Part shown: in pieces, positions 58,284 to 64,000 of the stretch | How the letters are laid out: each line of letters starts with the position of its first letter | Position numbering within the stretch: the first letter of the stretch is position 1 | From: Gemmatimonadota bacterium | GTDB taxonomy: Bacteria > Gemmatimonadota > Gemmatimonadetes > Gemmatimonadales > GWC2-71-9 | Length of the DNA stretch: 64,000 bases | Direction: 5' to 3' | Assembly: GCA_036679645.1 (NCBI GenBank) | Contig: JAZDCY010000035.1 | Location: 42,253 to 106,252, forward strand | Translations under genes and position numbers: made by a program | The notes under the pieces: generated by a model | The model's database searches: none | What the model saw: the letters and a program-made list of their open reading frames with translations, nothing else | What the model was told of the DNA's origin: nothing

Positions 58284-61200
58284 TCACGCGGGCGCCGTTT
58301 CGTGTCGCCGAAGAGCGATCACGACGTCGCGACCGTCGATCTGGACCGTTTCTCGTACGTCCGGCGAGTCGAGATCGTTTCCGGTCTCGAGTTGCCGCGC
58401 GAGCGTTTCGCCCGCGATGAAGTCCTCGTAGGCACCGGAGGCATCCAGCACCTCCTGATCACCTGTGATACTCAAGATAATCCGTGTGGTGTATTCGTAC
58501 CCGGCTTCTTTTCTGAGACGCTGGACGCGGTTGACCAGTTCTCGCGCGAGCCCCTCGCTCCGCAGGCTGTCGGTGAGGGTCTGGTCGAGCGCGACCACGA
58601 AGGGCCCGGCGCTGGCGACCAACCAGTCCGTCGTCACGTCGCGCTCGATACGGACGTCTTCGGGCCGGAACCGGAACTCGCGCCCATCGACGTGAACCGA
58701 CGTGTCCTGACCGGCCTCCAGCGCACGGAGGGCGTCGGGGCCAAGTTCTGTCACCGCCCGCGCGGCCTGCGGGGTCTCCTTCCCGTACACCTTGCCCAGC
58801 GTCCGGAAGTTCGGCTTGCCGCGCAAGCGCACGAGGTCTTCGTCGGAGGCGACTGGTACGATCGTCTTGACGTTCACCTCGGCCGCGAGAAGGTCGAGCA
58901 GCGAGTTGAACCACTCGCCGCGCACCGTGCCGGGCACCGCAACCTGCATCGCGGCGAGCGGCTGCCGCACGCGGATCCCTGCGTCATCGCGCACCGATCG
59001 AGCCAACGTGGCCAAGCGGCGAATGGCATCCATTGCCTGGTCGAGGCCGGCATCGCCCGCCTGCCCGGGCTCTGGCATTTCGGCCAAATGCACCGACGAC
59101 CCCGTGAGCCGGCGGTGAATCGCGTCGGACAGGAACGGTGCGGCAGGCGCCAACAGGCGCGTCACGACGATCAGCACCTCGTAGAGCGTCGCCAGCGCGG
59201 CGGGATCTGCTGCCGCATCGGGCGCCCAGAAACGCCCCCGATTGATCCGCACGTACCAATTCGACAGATCGTTGTCGCAGAACTCCAGAAGTGCCCGTGT
59301 TCCTGTGGTCACGTCGTACACATCCCACGCCGACCGAACGTCCGAGATCAGCCGATGCACGCGGCCAGCGAGCCAGCGATCGACGGGCGGGCGCTCCCCG
59401 GGAGGGGGGCACGCATCGGTGGGTGACCAATCCTCCGCATAAAGCGCGAAGAACCCGTATGTGTTCCGCAGGCGCGTGAGCGAACCGCCGGCGGCCTCGG
59501 GGATGGCATCCAGATCGAATCGCTTTGGAAGCCAGACCTGGCTCGACACGAGCAGAGAGAGCCGCACCGTATCCGCACCGAAACGCTCTACCGCCTCCCA
59601 CGGATCGACTACGTTGCCAATGCGCTTGGACATCTTGCGCCCATCGGCGTCGAGCAAGAGACCATTCACGATCACATTGCGGTAGGCGGTCGAATCGAAC
59701 ACGCCGGCCGCAATCGCAAGGAGCGAGTAGAACCAACCGCGCGTCTGATCGAGTCCCTCGCAGATATAGTCGGCGGGGAAATGTCGCTTGAAGTCGGTCT
59801 CCCGCTCGAACGGGTAGTGCCACTGCGCGTAAGGCATCGCACCCGAATCGAACCACGCGTCGATCACTGCCGACACCCGCCGGGCGGAGTAGCCGCAGGA
59901 CGGGCAGCGCAGGACCAACTCGTCAACGCCCGGTTTGTGAGGATCGAAGTCCTCGGGCAACGGCTGCCCACGGAGCGTCGCGAGTTCCTCGTATGATCCA
60001 ACCACGACGATATGATCCGGGTCGGCCTCACACCGCCAGACAGGTAGCGGCGTTCCCCAGTAGCGATCGCGCGACAGCGCCCAGTCGACGTTGTTGTCGA
60101 GCCACTCGCCGAACCGCCCCTCACCAACCTCCGACGGATGCCACCCTATGGCGCGGTTGTGCGCTACCATTTCGTCCTTGTACGCAGTAGTGCGCACAAA
60201 CCACGAAGAGCGCGCGTAGTAGATCAGCGGCGAATCACAACGCCAGCAGAAGGGATACGTATGCTCGAATCCTGCGGGTTCGTACCGACCGAAGACCTTG
60301 TCCTCGTCGGTCAGCCGGTCCGCGATGGTCGGGTTGGCGTCGAAGACGGTCCGCCCATTGATGGCATCCCATGCCGTATCACGAAACGTCCCTGCCGCAT
60401 CGACCGGATTGACGAATGCCAAGCCCTCGCGCTGGGCCGTCGCATAGTCATCCGCACCGAAAGCCGGCGCTATGTGCACGAGACCCGTGCCCTCTTCGCT
60501 GGTCACGAAATCGCCCGATACCACGCGGAAGGCCTGGCCCGGATCTACCGTCACGGCGTCGAGCAGCTGCTCGTAACGTGTACCGACAAGCATCTCCCCA
60601 CTCATCGTGGCCAGCTGCGGAAACGCGCCGAGCGGCTTTCCGTGTGTGCCACCAGGTACCGCCTTTCCCCGCGCGATCCCCTGCTCGACGATGAGCCTCC
60701 GGCCGTCCACGTCGAGCTCGACGTACGTCAGCTCCGGGTGCACGGCGACGGCGACGTTAGACGGAAGTGTCCACGGCGTCGTCGTCCACACGAGGAGATG
60801 TCGGGACCGTCCGTCCGCAGCCGGCTCGGTCAGGCGGAAGAGCACATAGATCGAGGGACTCCTGTGCGTCTTGTATCCCATCGCCAGCTCGTGACTCGAC
60901 AACGACGTACCACAGCGCGGGCAGTAGGGAAGCACCTTATAGCCCTCGTACAACCGGTCGCGCTCGTGCAACCGCTTCAGCAGCCACCAGACCGATTCGA
61001 TGTACTCTTTGGTGTACGTGACGTAGGGCCGGTCGTAGTCGAGCCAATAGCCTATTCGGTTCGATAGCGACTCCCAGTCACTCTTGTAGCGAAACACCGA
61101 CTCGCGGCAACGCCGGTTGAACTCGGCCACCCCAAACGCCTCGATCTCGGCCTTGCCGCTGAGCCCGAGCGCTTTCTCGACCTCGATCTCCACGGGCAAC

Positions 61201-61466
61201 CCGTGGGTGTCCCAGCCGGCGATCCGCGTGACCTGCCGCCCGCACATCGTGTAGTACCGGCAGATCAGGTCCTTGATGGTTCGCGCAAAAACGTGGTGAA
61301 TACCCGGCCGACCGTTGGCGGTCGGCGGACCTTCATAGAACACGAATGCCTCGCCGTCGGCCGTTGCGTCGAGCGTCCGGCGGAAGAGGCCTTCTTCTTC
61401 CCAAACCTCGAGCAGATTGCGTTCGAGATCGTTCGCCGTCGTGTAGTCGAGCGACCGGTACGGCAT
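58284..61466 (-). CDS. ileS: Isoleucine--tRNA ligase, type 2 (GIHH signature)
   Basis: EGPPTANGRPGIHH, GWDTHGLP, WTTTPWT, DQTRGWF, KMSKR. C-terminal EGLARELVNRVQRLRK and no C-terminal zinc finger. Confidence 0.96.
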   Translation of the reverse strand: MPYRSLDYTTANDLERNLLEVWEEEGLFRRTLDATADGEAFVFYEGPPTANGRPGIHHVFARTIKDLICRYYTMCGRQVTRIAGWDTHGLPVEIEVEKALGLSGKAEIEAFGVAEFNRRCRESVFRYKSDWESLSNRIGYWLDYDRPYVTYTKEYIESVWWLLKRLHERDRLYEGYKVLPYCPRCGTSLSSHELAMGYKTHRSPSIYVLFRLTEPAADGRSRHLLVWTTTPWTLPSNVAVAVHPELTYVELDVDGRRLIVEQGIARGKAVPGGTHGKPLGAFPQLATMSGEMLVGTRYEQLLDAVTVDPGQAFRVVSGDFVTSEEGTGLVHIAPAFGADDYATAQREGLAFVNPVDAAGTFRDTAWDAINGRTVFDANPTIADRLTDEDKVFGRYEPAGFEHTYPFCWRCDSPLIYYARSSWFVRTTAYKDEMVAHNRAIGWHPSEVGEGRFGEWLDNNVDWALSRDRYWGTPLPVWRCEADPDHIVVVGSYEELATLRGQPLPEDFDPHKPGVDELVLRCPSCGYSARRVSAVIDAWFDSGAMPYAQWHYPFERETDFKRHFPADYICEGLDQTRGWFYSLLAIAAGVFDSTAYRNVIVNGLLLDADGRKMSKRIGNVVDPWEAVERFGADTVRLSLLVSSQVWLPKRFDLDAIPEAAGGSLTRLRNTYGFFALYAEDWSPTDACPPPGERPPVDRWLAGRVHRLISDVRSAWDVYDVTTGTRALLEFCDNDLSNWYVRINRGRFWAPDAAADPAALATLYEVLIVVTRLLAPAAPFLSDAIHRRLTGSSVHLAEMPEPGQAGDAGLDQAMDAIRRLATLARSVRDDAGIRVRQPLAAMQVAVPGTVRGEWFNSLLDLLAAEVNVKTIVPVASDEDLVRLRGKPNFRTLGKVYGKETPQAARAVTELGPDALRALEAGQDTSVHVDGREFRFRPEDVRIERDVTTDWLVASAGPFVVALDQTLTDSLRSEGLARELVNRVQRLRKEAGYEYTTRIILSITGDQEVLDASGAYEDFIAGETLARQLETGNDLDSPDVRETVQIDGRDVVIALRRHETAPA

Positions 61467-62275
61467 CAGGACATCCGCTCCAGCACGCCGGTGACCAATT
61501 CGGTGAGCGCAGGTTCCGCCTGCATTGCGGTTGCGATGATGGTGGACACGTCCGCGGGTTCGAGCGCGTCTGGGAGACATTGATCGGTGATGATCGAGAT
61601 ACCCAGCACGCTCATGCCCCCGTGGACCGCAACGATGACCTCCGGGACCGTCGACATCCCGACTACATCCGCTCCCATCGTCCGCAGCATGCGATACTCG
61701 GCAGCGGTCTCGAGGTTGGGCCCCGTCACTGCCACATACACTCCCTCGCGCAGCACGATCTGCCGTTCCCGTGCCACGTCGCGCGCAATAGCGCGGAGTG
61801 CCGGATCGTAAGCCGCCGACATGTCGGGAAACCGCGGCCCGACCTGATCGTCATTCGGTCCGATGAGCGGGTTGTCCCCGAGTAGGTTGATGTGATCGGC
61901 AAGCAGCACGAGGTCACCGGGTGCCCAGAGCGGGTGCATGCCACCACAAGCATTGGACACGATGAGTGACGACGCGCCCAACGCCCGCATGACCCGCACC
62001 GGAAATCCAATTTCCCGGAGCGCATACCCTTCATACCGATGGAACCGCCCCTGCATCGCGACGACGCGCCGTTCCCCCAACGTGCCGAGGAGGAGCCGCC
62101 CTTGGTGGCTTTCCACCGTTGGGGCGGGGAAACCGGGGATGTCGTCGTAGCCAAGTTCCGCCTCCACGGCGATCTGTTCCGCAAGGGCGCCGAGTCCCGT
62201 TCCCAGAATGAGCGCGACGTCAGGTGCGAAGGTCGTGACATCGCGCACCACGTCTACTGCCTTGCTCACGTTCAT
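61466..62275 (-). CDS. punA: Purine-nucleoside phosphorylase (trimeric type)
   Basis: ILGTGLG, GRFHRYEG, DHIN, GPNLETAAE, VGMSTVPE. Confidence 0.92.
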   Translation of the reverse strand: MNVSKAVDVVRDVTTFAPDVALILGTGLGALAEQIAVEAELGYDDIPGFPAPTVESHQGRLLLGTLGERRVVAMQGRFHRYEGYALREIGFPVRVMRALGASSLIVSNACGGMHPLWAPGDLVLLADHINLLGDNPLIGPNDDQVGPRFPDMSAAYDPALRAIARDVARERQIVLREGVYVAVTGPNLETAAEYRMLRTMGADVVGMSTVPEVIVAVHGGMSVLGISIITDQCLPDALEPADVSTIIATAMQAEPALTELVTGVLERMS

Positions 62276-62763
62276 TGGGCGGTGGGGGGGCTGCCGTCCT
62301 GGCTCCCGGCGTCGAGGGCGTCAATTTCGGCGAGGTAGCGTTCCAGTAGAGCCCGGAACGACGCGAGGTACGCGATGAAATGCCGTTGCGAGGCCTCGGT
62401 GTCGCGGCGCACATTCACCTCTGATGCGCGCGCTCTAGCAAGGAGATCGTCGGCCTTCTGCCGCGCCTCTCTCACGATCAGATCGGCCTCTTTCCGGGCA
62501 GATATCTCGGTGTCGGACCGGAGCTGTTGCGCGGCCACAAGTGCGTCATTGAGCGCTTTCTCGCGCTCACGGAACGCGCGCAGCTGCTCGCGGAGATTCT
62601 GCACCCGCTCCTCGAGCGTTGCCCGCTCGCGCAGGAGCCGCTCCATCTCTTCGGCCACACGCTCGCGGAAGTCTTCCACACCCGCTCGTTCGTAGCCCAA
62701 GGTTGCGCGGCGAAATTCCTGCGCGCGCACGTCTATGGGTGTGAGATGGAATTCGTCGTTCAT
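62272..62763 (-). CDS. divIVA: DivIVA-domain protein
   Basis: LTPIDVRAQEFRRATLGY...VEDF, then a long coiled coil. Confidence 0.88.
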   Translation of the reverse strand: MNDEFHLTPIDVRAQEFRRATLGYERAGVEDFRERVAEEMERLLRERATLEERVQNLREQLRAFREREKALNDALVAAQQLRSDTEISARKEADLIVREARQKADDLLARARASEVNVRRDTEASQRHFIAYLASFRALLERYLAEIDALDAGSQDGSPPTAQ

Positions 62764-62765
62764 GC

Positions 62766-63446
62766 TCACCGATCTCCGAAGAGGACCGTACCTAGGCGCA
62801 CCACAGTGGCACCCTCCGCCACCGCCGCGCGGTAGTCGCCTGACATCCCCATCGACAACTGCGGGAGGGGCACGTCGGGCGTGGCCATGTCGTCTCGCAA
62901 CTGCCGCAACCGTGCAAACACGCGCCGCTGTTCCCCCTCGTCGTCCGTATAGGGCGCCATAGTCATGAGGCCCTGGACGTCCATACCGGGGAGAGACGCC
63001 GCATATTCCACCAACTCCACGAGTGCCTCCGGCGCACACCCGCTCTTCTGTTCCTCTCCCGCGACGTTCACCTGTATCAGGGCCCGCACACGTGTATCGC
63101 CAGATTCGGCGGCCTGCACCAGCGCGTCCGCAACACGCTTCGAGTCAACCGACTGCACCATCCAGAACCGGCCGGGCACGTATTTCGCCTTGTTCGTCTG
63201 AAGGTGCCCGATGAGGTGCAAGCGTACCGCGACAGCCAGCCCATCCAGCTTCCCCAACGCTTCCTGCACTCGGTTCTCGCCGACATCCTCGAGTCCGGCG
63301 TGCACCGCCGCCTCGACCGCCGCACGCGGATGGCCCTTGGTTACCGCGACGATCCGCACCGGTTCCGTGATCCCCTCGGCAGCCCGGATCCGCGCAATCT
63401 CCTCGCGCACGCGCGCGAGGTTGGCTGGCAAGGCCGCAAAGTTCAT
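62766..63446 (-). CDS. yggS: PLP homeostasis protein YggS
   Basis: VAVTK, GENRVQE, HLIGHLQTNK, GLMTM, LSMGMSGD. Confidence 0.95.
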   Translation of the reverse strand: MNFAALPANLARVREEIARIRAAEGITEPVRIVAVTKGHPRAAVEAAVHAGLEDVGENRVQEALGKLDGLAVAVRLHLIGHLQTNKAKYVPGRFWMVQSVDSKRVADALVQAAESGDTRVRALIQVNVAGEEQKSGCAPEALVELVEYAASLPGMDVQGLMTMAPYTDDEGEQRRVFARLRQLRDDMATPDVPLPQLSMGMSGDYRAAVAEGATVVRLGTVLFGDR

Positions 63447-63454
63447 AGCCTGAA

Positions 63455-63483
63455 AAATTACCGACACTTACGTTGCCCTACAA
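63455..63483 (-). promoter_or_regulatory. Sigma70-like promoter (leaderless) for the yggS operon
   Basis: TTGTAG, 17 nt, TAATTT, then 8 nt to ATG 63446. Confidence 0.5.
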
Positions 63484-63490
63484 GGTAGCG

Positions 63491-64000
63491 CTACTGCTCC
63501 TCCGGGACCGGAATCGCGGTGTCACCGAATGGAATGGTCGGCGCACTTTGGGACAGCATCTGAATCAGGCTGGCCAGGTCGGAATTGGGCGCCAGATGAT
63601 AGCCCCTGCTGAGGTACTCAACGCTCCGCTCGCGGTCGCCCATGACCTCGAACGCCTGACCGAGGGTGAGATAGGGAAGACTGAGATTCGTGGCGATGTT
63701 GCGGGTCGTGGGATCGAGATCCAGCGTATCTGCAGCAAACAGACCGGCGTAGCGGTACACGTGATTCACGAGCCAGTCGGTCCGCGGCACATCGACCGGG
63801 ATCCCGAGCAACGTGCCCGTCACCAGGCGCGACGTGTCGGGCGCCTCGACTGCGTTGACGCGAATCACCAAGGCCTCATTCGTGAGATACTCGTTGAGGT
63901 TCAACCAGTTGCTCGCGCCGGCGGTGACCGAGTAGTAGACTGGGCGACTCTCGACATTCTGGCGCATGAGCAACAGCATGAGCCAGTCTTTCACGTACAT
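63491..64000 (-). CDS. C-terminal part of a larger protein (possibly DUF2723-type); starts beyond the window
   Basis: The open frame continues to the window edge; RPVYYSVT and YRYAGL segments, TPR-like end. Confidence 0.55.
   Translation of the reverse strand: MYVKDWLMLLLMRQNVESRPVYYSVTAGASNWLNLNEYLTNEALVIRVNAVEAPDTSRLVTGTLLGIPVDVPRTDWLVNHVYRYAGLFAADTLDLDPTTRNIATNLSLPYLTLGQAFEVMGDRERSVEYLSRGYHLAPNSDLASLIQMLSQSAPTIPFGDTAIPVPEEQ

Noticed and set aside
1..64000. CRISPR array, IS elements, prophage or rRNA
   Set aside because: No spaced direct repeats, transposase, integrase, phage genes or rRNA-like sequence were seen; the window is almost entirely coding.

Overview
This is a GC-rich bacterial chromosomal core region. 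Gene content and order suggest Gemmatimonadota, which is an inference. Nearly all genes lie on the minus strand and are translationally coupled. From left to right it holds: (1) an alr-deoB-cdd-lipoprotein-outer membrane barrel-mtaB-miaB-comEC operon, in which MiaB is fused in frame to a ComFB-like domain and cdd has lost its PCxxC motif; (2) mazG, asnS, a PQQ-like beta-propeller gene, phhB and a vapBC module with a palindromic operator; (3) recG, ftsY, a divergent hisA-like gene, an M23 peptidase and a dcw cluster (rsmH to ftsZ, without mraZ, murB or ddl); (4) tRNA-Asp and tRNA-Val; (5) a ~25 kb run starting yggS-divIVA-pnp-ileS-dksA-lspA-rluD and continuing into a 17-gene signalling cluster. 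That cluster is the best candidate for an undescribed system. A receptor-less Che pathway (3x CheW, CheY, CheA, CheC, CheR, CheD, CheB) surrounds an MglA GTPase, three Roadblock proteins, two DUF4388/PATAN-TPR proteins carrying MshEN-type c-di-GMP motifs, TPR scaffolds, and a protein made of two DnaA-type AAA+ modules with no DNA-binding domain. IleRS is type 2 with a GIHH signature. Several sigma70-like promoters look leaderless. All calls come from reading motifs by eye; no database searches were run.
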